Shown here piece by piece: positions 20,859-29,728 of a DNA stretch of 35,414 bases. The DNA lies in contig CAZIYQ010000003.1 of assembly GCA_964543505.1 (NCBI GenBank), positions 1 through 35,414 on the forward strand, in the 5' to 3' direction. The DNA comes from an uncultured bacterium. Lineage in GTDB: Bacteria > Fidelibacterota > Marinisomatia > SCGC-AAA003-L08 > JACNLC01. How positions within the stretch are numbered: the first letter of the stretch is position 1; every line of letters begins with the position of its first letter. The notes beneath the pieces are model-generated. The model made no database searches. It had not been told where the DNA came from and worked only from the letters and a program-made list of their open reading frames with translations. A program made the translations under genes and the position numbers.

Positions 20859-21389
20859 GTGGATGCCGGAGTGATCACTTACCATTCTTTTGAGAGCTCT
20901 TATGGGCGTTTTATCCTGGGCGCATTCTCAAAAGGGGCTTGTTATATTGGACTCCCCGGTATGGAATTGCCGCTTGTAAAAAAGTGGTGTCTGCAAAATT
21001 TTCCTTCAAAAAGATTGTTTGAATCTCCAGAGCTGACTTTTTTACCAATGCAGCAGATCAACGAATATCTTTCCGGATCCCGTTGGGAATTCGATTTCCA
21101 GATCGATCATGTCCACAGAGCATTCAGAAGTCGAGTATTAGCAGAGATTGCTAAAAGACCTTATGGGGAAACTTCGTCATACGACAAAATCGCCCAACAG
21201 ATTGGGAAACCGTTTGCATCGAGAGCAGCGGGGACTGCAAACGTGACCAATCCATTGCCCATTGTCATCCCCCGTTAAAGAGTTATCTGCAGCAATGATT
21301 CACTGGGCGGTTATGGAGGTAGGGCAGAAATGAAAAGAAAATTGCTCGCAACGGAATCCAGCCAAACACCCTTCAGCCCCGGGAACTAA
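20859..21389 (+). pseudogene. ogt: Methylated-DNA-protein-cysteine methyltransferase (Ogt) pseudogene
   Basis: Reads PYGET.SY..IA..IGKP.ASRA.G.AN..NPLPIVIP, then R-stop where CH is expected. The same frame continues RVICSNDSLGGYGGRAEMKRKLL to TAA at 21387-21389. Confidence 0.9.
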
Positions 21390-21663
21390 TTCAATTCTAT
21401 TTTAGTCCAGCTATTTTCTCCATCGGTTTTCCAGAACATTGATCGTAATATTTTACTAAAAAGAAATCCAATTGCTTTAGTATTTTCTGGGGTTGACAGA
21501 TGTTAAAATAATGCAGTTTAATGACTAATTACTCAAGATCGATTGGATTAGGGAGTCCGTTGTAGTTCAATGGGATTTGTTTCTATAAAGATCAAAATCA
21601 GGCTTATTTACCATCGGGGATACATTTTCCAAATCACAACGAGCAAAGAAATCCAGAAATCGA

Positions 21664-24327
21664 ATGCCAATATTAAAACGATATATTAAAATTCTCTCAT
21701 TGTTGCTGTTGCAGACACATGTCTCTGCAGCCCCGGTTAATAACAAGTCTGAAACGGGAGTTCAAAATCCCGATTCGACAGCTGCAGGTGACAAAAGTAC
21801 ACCCAAAAAGGATGCCAAAAAACTCCCCGAGTATGAAGAGCTAATCAAAGATTTTGAACACATTGAAGGGCTTTTTGATATCTACTTTAATACAGATGAA
21901 AATAAATATTACCTAAGTGTTGCTGATGAACAGTTGGGGGTAACTTATCTGTTTAATGCCACCAGACAGTCAGGGGATGCAAGTATTTTTGACAGCGGTG
22001 CAATGCTGGGGGATTTCCCCTTTATATTTAAAAAACAAGGCAAACGTCTGCAGCTTATTCAATTGAATACTTACTACCGTGCCCAGGAAAATACCGCAAT
22101 GCAGCGGGCCGTTGAACAGAGTCTTTCAAATTCCATTGTCCACAGCGTCGAGATCAAAAGTCAGCCTGATTCCCTGACAAAACGGATCCTGATCGATCTG
22201 TCCGCTCTATTTCTCACAGATAAATTCACTAAAGTGGAATACCACACAGGTCAATTGAAACAGAAGTATTCGCTGGATAAGGACAACAGTCATTTTTCAG
22301 AACTGAAAACTTTTCCGACCAATACGGAAATAGAAGTATCCCTGCATTATTATTCAGGCAAACCCCATAAATCCACAACCCTGGCCGATTCAAGAAGTAT
22401 GCTGATGCGCTTTCACTACAGTTTATCTGCCCTGCCTGAAACAGATTATCAGCCCCGTCAGGCCGATGACCGGCTTGGGCATTTTGTAACCATGTTTCAG
22501 GATTATTCATCGGTCGAACAGGAATCCCCCTATACCTATTACATTAATCGCTGGAATCTTGAAAAAGCAGATCCGCAATCTGCCCTTTCTCCACCGATAA
22601 AGCCCATTGTTTACTGGATTGAAAATACGGTCCCGGAGAAATACCGCTCTGCTATTCGACGGGGCATCCTGCTATGGAATGATGCCTTCGAACGGATTGG
22701 TTTCAAGAATGCGATTGTCGTTCATCAAATGCCTGATGATGCAGACTGGGACCCTGCCGATGTACGCTATAATACCATTCGCTGGATTGTCCAGCCGGGC
22801 GGCGGATATGCAGTAGGCCCTTCAAGGGCGAATCCCTTCACGGGTGAAATCTACGATGCAGACATCAGGGTCAGTGCAGATTTTGTACGTCATTTTTACA
22901 CAGAATACGATCAGTTTATCACGCCTCTATCAATCGATGAAATCCTCAACTCGGCTGAATCGGAAGCGGATCTTCCCAACCAGGAGGGTCAGTGCAACTA
23001 CGCTGCAGAGAAAAAAGAACAAGTGGAATTCGGATGGAATTTGATCCAAAGCAGAGGCCTAACGGGCGATGTCGATTATGAAAAATTTGTCGAGGATGGT
23101 CTCACGGATCTAATCGTTCACGAAGTAGGTCACACATTGGGCTTACGGCACAATTTCAGGGCAAGTCATATTTACCCGCTAAAACGACTGCGTGATCAGC
23201 AATTTACGCATGACTGGGGCACAACTGGTTCAGTAATGGATTATACTCCCATCAACCTGTCGAAGACCGGAGATGCCCAGGGTGAATATTACCAAATCGC
23301 CCTCGGTGTTTATGACTACTGGGCTATTGAATATGCCTATGCCGAATCCGAAGACACATCGGCCTTAGGGCAGGATAAATTCCTCAATGAGATAGCCGGT
23401 AGAGTTGCGGAACCCCTGCTTGAGTATTGCACAGACACCGATGCCAATGGCTACTCTATCAAAGGTATGGACCCCAGCTGCAGTTTATATGACATGACCG
23501 CAGATCCCCTTGACTATTATTCCCAGCGAATTGATCTGGTTCAGGAACTTTGGACCTCCCTGACGAACGGAGAATTAAAAAATGGTGAAGGTTATCAGCG
23601 ATTCCTTAAACTTTTTAATCAGGGCATCGGCGAGTATCGCAATATGGCCAACAATGTCACGAAATATGTCGGGGGGATTTATGTCCACCGTTATCATTTT
23701 GGAGATACGGATGGACAGCTGCCATTTGAAGTTGTACCGGCAAAGGAGCAATGGAGAGCCCTGAAGTTTCTCGATAGTGCCCTCTTTCAACCCGATGCAT
23801 TTAATTTTTCTCCGGACTTATTAAACAAACTGATACCGGAATTAAAAGGTGATTTCTCTGGCTCACTATGGAAAAACAACCGATTGGAATACCCGGTTCA
23901 CAATGCTGTATTACAGTTGCAGGGGAGGGCTCTATCCAGATTATATTCTACCTATGTGTTAAACCGGCTCAACGACAACGAGTTGAGATTCACAAAAGGA
24001 GATCCCGTTTTTTCAATGGTTGATCTGTTTTCATATCTGCAGGATAATATTTGGCAGGAAGTTGACCAGGGCAAAAATATCAACAGCTATCGTCGCGAGT
24101 TACAGCGTATGCATCTTGAGATCCTGATCAGACTAATGCTGGAGAAAAATAAATCCTATCCGCAGGACGCCGTTTCACTGGCTCTGTCAAATCTTAACTC
24201 ACTGAAATTGAAAATTAAGCGTGTTATCAAGATCAGACCGCTGGATGAGATAAGTGAAGCCCATCTTACTGAATGTCTTATGAAAATTGAGGCTTCAATC
24301 ACTGCGAAATCACAGGGGAATCTGTAA
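21664..24327 (+). CDS. Secreted zinc-dependent metalloprotease (metzincin, DUF5117/DUF4953, EcxA-like)
   Basis: Signal peptide, PRQADDRLGHF, INRWNL, WDPADVRYN, Zn motif HEVGHTLGLRHN, and Met-turn GSVMDY. Confidence 0.9.
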   Translation: MPILKRYIKILSLLLLQTHVSAAPVNNKSETGVQNPDSTAAGDKSTPKKDAKKLPEYEELIKDFEHIEGLFDIYFNTDENKYYLSVADEQLGVTYLFNATRQSGDASIFDSGAMLGDFPFIFKKQGKRLQLIQLNTYYRAQENTAMQRAVEQSLSNSIVHSVEIKSQPDSLTKRILIDLSALFLTDKFTKVEYHTGQLKQKYSLDKDNSHFSELKTFPTNTEIEVSLHYYSGKPHKSTTLADSRSMLMRFHYSLSALPETDYQPRQADDRLGHFVTMFQDYSSVEQESPYTYYINRWNLEKADPQSALSPPIKPIVYWIENTVPEKYRSAIRRGILLWNDAFERIGFKNAIVVHQMPDDADWDPADVRYNTIRWIVQPGGGYAVGPSRANPFTGEIYDADIRVSADFVRHFYTEYDQFITPLSIDEILNSAESEADLPNQEGQCNYAAEKKEQVEFGWNLIQSRGLTGDVDYEKFVEDGLTDLIVHEVGHTLGLRHNFRASHIYPLKRLRDQQFTHDWGTTGSVMDYTPINLSKTGDAQGEYYQIALGVYDYWAIEYAYAESEDTSALGQDKFLNEIAGRVAEPLLEYCTDTDANGYSIKGMDPSCSLYDMTADPLDYYSQRIDLVQELWTSLTNGELKNGEGYQRFLKLFNQGIGEYRNMANNVTKYVGGIYVHRYHFGDTDGQLPFEVVPAKEQWRALKFLDSALFQPDAFNFSPDLLNKLIPELKGDFSGSLWKNNRLEYPVHNAVLQLQGRALSRLYSTYVLNRLNDNELRFTKGDPVFSMVDLFSYLQDNIWQEVDQGKNINSYRRELQRMHLEILIRLMLEKNKSYPQDAVSLALSNLNSLKLKIKRVIKIRPLDEISEAHLTECLMKIEASITAKSQGNL

Positions 24328-24355
24328 CTACAATGAGTAATTAAACTGGAATAGT

Positions 24356-26017
24356 ATGGGAAAAGTCAGATTATTAATCGTTGATGACGAAACCAGCCTT
24401 TGTGAATTAATCAAAAGGGCTCTGGAGCGCATGTCGCCGCAATATGAGATATCCACTACTAATTCCGGTGAAGATGCACTTAAAATTCTGGAAGGCGAGG
24501 AATTTGATGTACTGATCACGGATATTCGTATGCCGGGTATTGACGGCATGGAATTACTTGAACGGGCAAGTGCTCTACAGACCGAGCTACAGACTATTGT
24601 CATCACCGGACATGGCGACCTTGATTACGCCATCAAAGCCCTGCGAATGGGGGCTATCAATTTTATCAAAAAACCCATCTCCTTCGAAATTCTTCATTTC
24701 TCGATACAGAAAGGAATTGAGAAACTCGAATTGAAACGAAAATTACAGGAAAACGAAGAGAAGTTTAGAGGGGCATTCATGAATGCTCCCACTGGAATGC
24801 TGATCTTTGAGCCGCCCGGAAATTTCATTCAGGTAAATGAAACCATTTGCAAAATGCTGGGGTACACCAAAGAAGAATTAATGTCGAAAAGCCTCAAAGA
24901 GATCACTTATGAACAAGATGAAGTAGAGATGGATAATCATCTCCAGCGCTTGATCTCGGGTGAAGTTAAACAATTGAACCTTGAAAGACGTTATCGTCGG
25001 AGTGATGGTAAGGTTCTGTGGGGAGTGGCTAATTTATCAGTTCTGCCAAATCCTGACAAATCTGCCTCCGATATGATCATTCAGATCGTCGATATCACGG
25101 AGCGCAAAGAGGCTGAGGAATCATTGCAAATTGAGAAAACATTTCTTGATAAATTATTCGAAAGTGCTCCGGAAGGCATGGTCCTCGTTGACAACAATGG
25201 GACCATTAAAAATGTTAATAATGAATTTGTCTCCATGTTTAACTACAGCAAAGCAGAAGCTCTGGGTCAGAATATTGATCGACTCATCGCCCGTGAAGAT
25301 GAAATTGATGAAGCTCAAAAAATCTCCAAGCTGGTTGGTGAAGGCGTAAGAGAAAAATTCGAGACAGTCCGATATCGCAAGGACGGCACGCCCGTTTCGG
25401 TCTCCATTATTGGTGCTCCTGTACGCTACGGTGATGGGCAGATCGCAGTGTATGGTATTTATCGTGACATTTCTAAACGAAAAGAAGCCGAACAAAAGCT
25501 GGAATTTCAGGCTCGAAACGATGCATTGACCGGACTCTACAATCGACATTCGTTCTTTGAAAGAATTAATCAGGAGCTGCATTATTCACAGCGGTACGAT
25601 GTGGAACGTGCCCTCTTATTCATTGACCTGGATCATTTCAAAGAAGTGAACGATAAATACGGGCATGATCTTGGGGACAGATTGCTGGTGGAGGTTGCAG
25701 CACGTCTGAAAAGGTCTTTGAGAGAAAGCGATATCATCTATCGGTTGGGTGGCGACGAATTCGTCATTTTGATCAACAATCAGTTTGATCTTCAGCCCAA
25801 GACAGTAGCCAAGCGTGTGACCAAAGAACTGGCTCGGCCGTATCAGTTTGATGACATCAAAATAAAATTCGTGACCGCCAGCATAGGGATCAGTCTCTTC
25901 CCTCTTGATGATGACGATGCCTCTGCGATTCTTTCCAGAGCAGATTCAGCGATGTATGCAGCAAAAGAGGCCGGGCGGGATAAATATTTATTTTGGGAAC
26001 CCGGAATGAAAAAATAA
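24356..26017 (+). CDS. Response-regulator diguanylate cyclase (REC-PAS-PAS-GGDEF)
   Basis: REC motifs IVDDE, TDIRMP, ITG, KP; two PAS/PAC units ending DITERK and DISKRK; DALTGLYNR, intact GGDEF, and I-site RESD. Confidence 0.95.
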   Translation: MGKVRLLIVDDETSLCELIKRALERMSPQYEISTTNSGEDALKILEGEEFDVLITDIRMPGIDGMELLERASALQTELQTIVITGHGDLDYAIKALRMGAINFIKKPISFEILHFSIQKGIEKLELKRKLQENEEKFRGAFMNAPTGMLIFEPPGNFIQVNETICKMLGYTKEELMSKSLKEITYEQDEVEMDNHLQRLISGEVKQLNLERRYRRSDGKVLWGVANLSVLPNPDKSASDMIIQIVDITERKEAEESLQIEKTFLDKLFESAPEGMVLVDNNGTIKNVNNEFVSMFNYSKAEALGQNIDRLIAREDEIDEAQKISKLVGEGVREKFETVRYRKDGTPVSVSIIGAPVRYGDGQIAVYGIYRDISKRKEAEQKLEFQARNDALTGLYNRHSFFERINQELHYSQRYDVERALLFIDLDHFKEVNDKYGHDLGDRLLVEVAARLKRSLRESDIIYRLGGDEFVILINNQFDLQPKTVAKRVTKELARPYQFDDIKIKFVTASIGISLFPLDDDDASAILSRADSAMYAAKEAGRDKYLFWEPGMKK

Positions 26018-26061
26018 TCCCGGGGTTACCACTGCATTAATTTGTGGGTTTTTCTTCGGGA

Positions 26062-26742
26062 TTATTTATCGCACTTACTGTAGCCGCACTCCGGATCCAT
26101 ACAATTATTACATCCATTTTCGGTTTTAAGTGTGCGATTATTGCAGGCGGGACAGATTTTAAAATAACTGTTTTCAGTGTTCTGATTATCATTCGTAAAA
26201 ATATTACCAATATCCTTTTGAATCCCGTTGTCTTGTGTTGGGAGTACATCCGGTCTTTCCAGTATGCCTACATCGAAAAAGAATTGTTCGATAACATCTG
26301 CAATTTCAGCATAAAATGAGTGATAATATTTTCCTTCTTTGAACGATCCTCCGCTGGGATCAAATATCCCCCTGAGTTCTTCCAGAATGAAATCGGGATT
26401 GCTAGACCGCCTGAAAATAGCGGAAATGAGTCTTGTCAAAACAACATATTCAGGAGCTCTTGTAAGATCCTTCGAGTTGATGAAAATTTCGATGGGACGT
26501 GTAAATTCGTTATCCTGGACATAACCGAGGGTAATGAAAACGGAATTTTTAACAAACACACTCCTGAGTTTATAGACCTTTGCGTCCACAACAGGAGGTC
26601 TGTTTGGGGTAAACAATTTTTCTCGAGTGAGATTACCCTGTTTTATGGACCTCCCGGCAGGAGCAGGTTCTTCTGAACTGGTGATTTTTGATTTTCCTGA
26701 TACGAGTTTGATATTAGCCTGTTGGCCTTTTATTGTTATCAC
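26062..26742 (-). CDS. nrdJb: Class II ribonucleotide reductase C-terminal subunit NrdJb (TSCPD-like domain plus Cys-rich tail)
   Basis: RPIEIFINSK, LTRLISAIFR, EELRGIFDPSGG, and C-terminal CPAC...GCNNC...CGYSKC. The GTG start overlaps the nrdJa TGA. Confidence 0.88.
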   Translation of the reverse strand: MITIKGQQANIKLVSGKSKITSSEEPAPAGRSIKQGNLTREKLFTPNRPPVVDAKVYKLRSVFVKNSVFITLGYVQDNEFTRPIEIFINSKDLTRAPEYVVLTRLISAIFRRSSNPDFILEELRGIFDPSGGSFKEGKYYHSFYAEIADVIEQFFFDVGILERPDVLPTQDNGIQKDIGNIFTNDNQNTENSYFKICPACNNRTLKTENGCNNCMDPECGYSKCDK

Positions 26743-29246
26743 TTGATGACTTCCTCCGGGCGCGTATTTAGCAGCATGTCCTCAATATTCAAATTGTCAC
26801 GGTTCATGTAGTGATAAACCGTCGTAAGTCTTCCGTTGGGAAGTTTTAGAATTTCATCTCCATGGCAGACAGCTTCAGTTCCATCTGGTAGTTGGATTTT
26901 AAATGTCTGATGTTTTGCTCTCTGAAAGGCAGTCTTTTTTCCTTCAACTGCGAGTATTGGGAAACGGCTGCCATCACGATAAATAGTGATCCCTTTCAGT
27001 CCTGATTTCCAGGCTTTAATATAAATATTAGAGATCATCTCGGGCTCAGTATCCTCGGGTAAGTTGACCGTTGAAGATATGCTGTGGTCGATATACTTCT
27101 GACAGATACTTTGAATTTTCACACGCTGATCCGGATGGATATTATGGGCAGTTCGCTGAAAGTATGCGGGTAGAACTGCCGACATATCCGCATCGCTCAT
27201 TGCATCCCGGACGAGGTCCATTTTTTCGAGGTAAGCTTGTACTGTCGAATGAAAAACTTTATAGACTTTATTATTGAAGGATTCTGACCGGCGCGTATAA
27301 TACAATGCAAAAATCGGCTCGATACCGCCCGAGACACCGATGTAATTCTTCTGATCACTTTGATAGCCCAGTACGATATTTGAGATTGAACCCGTAGGTG
27401 CAATTGACAAAATAGCAATGTTCCGCAGACCTTTGTTCTTGATGATGCTGCGCGTTTCTTCACTGAGGGCAGATTTTGCAAATGGGCACTGAAGATATTT
27501 GGCAGGTGAAAAAACAGGTGATGGGCCTTTCTCCTCGGCCAGCCAGGATGATGCCTGATAGGCCGCATTTGCGATAAAACTCATCACTTTTTCTATCAAA
27601 TCAAAACTTTTTTTAGAATCATATTCCAAACCCAACTGGTTCATCATATCTGCAATTCCCATCACACCCAATCCCAGCCTGCGTGTTTCGCTGGCGGAGA
27701 TGCGCTGTTTTTCAAGGGCGTTCAGTTGTTCATTCCAGATCACAACATTGTCTAAGAATCTAACCAGAATTTGAGTTGTTTCGGCAAGCTGATCCCAATC
27801 AAAGTGAGCGTCTGATTCATAGCCATTGACCACGAATCTTGATAAATTTAATGAGCCAAGATTACAAGCGCCTCCATCTTCCAGGGGTACTTCTGCACAA
27901 GGGTTTGTACTGATAATAGGGCGACCAACATAATTTGAGGGTGAATATTTACTCATCGTCGTCCAGAAGATGAGACCGGGCTCAGCGGTTTGATAATTAC
28001 CCTCAATAAATTGATCCCAAATCTCCCTGGCTTTGACCAATTGTCGAATTTCACCGGTGGGTTCACTGCTGAAATAAAGCATGAAATCGCCGGCTTGTTT
28101 AATCGCAAGATCAAAACCAAGTTTGCCCACCTGCACGACAAAATCGCCAAAAATATCTCGTTTATTTACATCGAGAGCATCATGTTCCGCCACAGAGATA
28201 CCATAGCTTCCAAAAAGCCAATTGTTCATTTCTGTGAAAGTGTCAAAATTGTGTAGGAGTTTGTAGTCTGCTGGAGATTTTGATGGGATTCCCACCGAAT
28301 AATGGTTCTTGTCGCTTTGAGGGGATTTCATCACGAGTTCAGGATTATTTTTTTGATAAACCAGAAACTGATCCTCTGGGAAAGAATTGTTCTCGTCCAC
28401 AGCCTGCATGAATTCATCACTGACTTTAATGGAAATATTGGCAAAACGGACCTGCGTGTTTTCCATCACATGCTTTGAGATCTCCTGAATCTGATCTTCG
28501 TCAAATACTTTGGACCCCTCACAGCGCTCAATGATCTGCTTTGTAACCCAGTTGGGTGTCTGTTTGACATTTAGGAAATTGAAGATATCCGGGTGTTTCA
28601 CATCGATGGTCATCATGAGTGCACCGCGTCGGCCACTTTGGCCAATCAGGCCGGTGGTCAGGGAATACAGATCCATAAAAGATACGGCGCCGGTGGAACT
28701 GTCCGCTGCATTATGTACAATCGCATCTTTAGGCCGCAGGGATGAAATATCCACACCGATGCCACCACCGTAAGAATAAGTGCGGGCACATTCGAAAGCT
28801 GTATGATAAATCGAATCAATATCATCGTGATCAATTTTTGAAACGAAGCAGTTTGCTAATGTTTTAAGCCGGAAAAGGTCTCCAGAGCCGGCCAGCACAC
28901 GACCGCCGGGAACGAATCGACCCTGGAAAAGTTCATTGTAGAATTTCTCGGCCCACTCTCTTTTTTTCGTCTTGTTGATTTCTACGGCTGCAATGAAAGA
29001 GGCGATCCGGACAAAGGTATCTTCAGGATTATTTTCTAATAAATTACCTTCAAGATCTTTGAGGAAATATTTTTTGGAATATATATTTTTAGCCAGTTCA
29101 TTATCGCCAAGATAATTGCCGTTATAGGGCAGCTTCCCTTCTGTCTGCAACTCAGTCAGGTAATCATATAATTCATGATAAGCAGTGATTTTCTTTTTAC
29201 CAATGAGGGAGGTTGTTTTCCCTTCGTGTTTGAACATTTTATTCAT
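26739..29246 (-). CDS. nrdJa: Adenosylcobalamin-dependent (class II) ribonucleotide reductase catalytic subunit NrdJa
   Basis: PGGRVL, LANCFV, GRRGALM, TNPCAEVPL, ACNLGSLNL, APTGSIS, SSTVNLP, GITIYRDGSR. No tyrosine pair and no neighbouring nrdB. Confidence 0.93.
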   Translation of the reverse strand: MNKMFKHEGKTTSLIGKKKITAYHELYDYLTELQTEGKLPYNGNYLGDNELAKNIYSKKYFLKDLEGNLLENNPEDTFVRIASFIAAVEINKTKKREWAEKFYNELFQGRFVPGGRVLAGSGDLFRLKTLANCFVSKIDHDDIDSIYHTAFECARTYSYGGGIGVDISSLRPKDAIVHNAADSSTGAVSFMDLYSLTTGLIGQSGRRGALMMTIDVKHPDIFNFLNVKQTPNWVTKQIIERCEGSKVFDEDQIQEISKHVMENTQVRFANISIKVSDEFMQAVDENNSFPEDQFLVYQKNNPELVMKSPQSDKNHYSVGIPSKSPADYKLLHNFDTFTEMNNWLFGSYGISVAEHDALDVNKRDIFGDFVVQVGKLGFDLAIKQAGDFMLYFSSEPTGEIRQLVKAREIWDQFIEGNYQTAEPGLIFWTTMSKYSPSNYVGRPIISTNPCAEVPLEDGGACNLGSLNLSRFVVNGYESDAHFDWDQLAETTQILVRFLDNVVIWNEQLNALEKQRISASETRRLGLGVMGIADMMNQLGLEYDSKKSFDLIEKVMSFIANAAYQASSWLAEEKGPSPVFSPAKYLQCPFAKSALSEETRSIIKNKGLRNIAILSIAPTGSISNIVLGYQSDQKNYIGVSGGIEPIFALYYTRRSESFNNKVYKVFHSTVQAYLEKMDLVRDAMSDADMSAVLPAYFQRTAHNIHPDQRVKIQSICQKYIDHSISSTVNLPEDTEPEMISNIYIKAWKSGLKGITIYRDGSRFPILAVEGKKTAFQRAKHQTFKIQLPDGTEAVCHGDEILKLPNGRLTTVYHYMNRDNLNIEDMLLNTRPEEVIK

Positions 29247-29595
29247 TATAGACAGTGAACAGAATTATGTGAAAACTCGCCCGTAAACAACTCCTCAAGA
29301 TATGTAATTAGCCAGAGTGGAAGAAAAAATACCATTCGTATTGATAAACAGTAAAACCGATTAGGATTTTTTTAAAAATAGACTTCTCTTATCGTCGGAA
29401 CTATTTTGCTGTTGAGCACAGCATTTATCAATCCTGTGGTAAAAAATAAGGACTTCAATCATGAGTATCAAAATGCTTTTTTCACAATTTTAAAAAATCC
29501 AGTTATTATAATATAGTCAATTTTAAAATCTTATGTAAACTCAATAAACATAACTATAAAATTCAGATCACTTTTATAAGTATGTAAATATCAAA

Positions 29596-29656
29596 AGGTT
29601 AAAATTTAACCTGATTGATTTGTTGTCGGTTAATTCAATCAACTCATTATATGAGT
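29596..29656. promoter_or_regulatory. Cluster of three adjacent inverted repeats in the divergent nrdJa/ClC promoter region
   Basis: AGGTTAAA-A-TTTAACCT (29596-29612), TGATTGA-N16-TCAATCA (29612-29641), ACTCAT-TAT-ATGAGT (29642-29656). Function unknown. Confidence 0.4.
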
Positions 29657-29728
29657 AAATCTTTTGGGGATTATTTTTTAATACATAGGGTAGAATGAGG
29701 TAAAATCTCACTAATTTTACGGCCAATT

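Noticed and set aside
21390-21663. c-di-GMP riboswitch or promoter upstream of the protease
   Set aside because: No GEMM-like motif. TTGACA (21493)-N18-TTTAAT is plausible but lacks the key -11 A, so it is too weak to call.
26739-29246. Intein or self-splicing intron in nrdJa
   Set aside because: The ORF is continuous, the catalytic motifs are uninterrupted, and the inserts lack intein terminal and endonuclease motifs.
29247-29728. Cobalamin riboswitch or tandem NrdR boxes upstream of nrdJa
   Set aside because: No B12-box or GC-rich stems are visible, and the best NrdR-like strings have two core mismatches.
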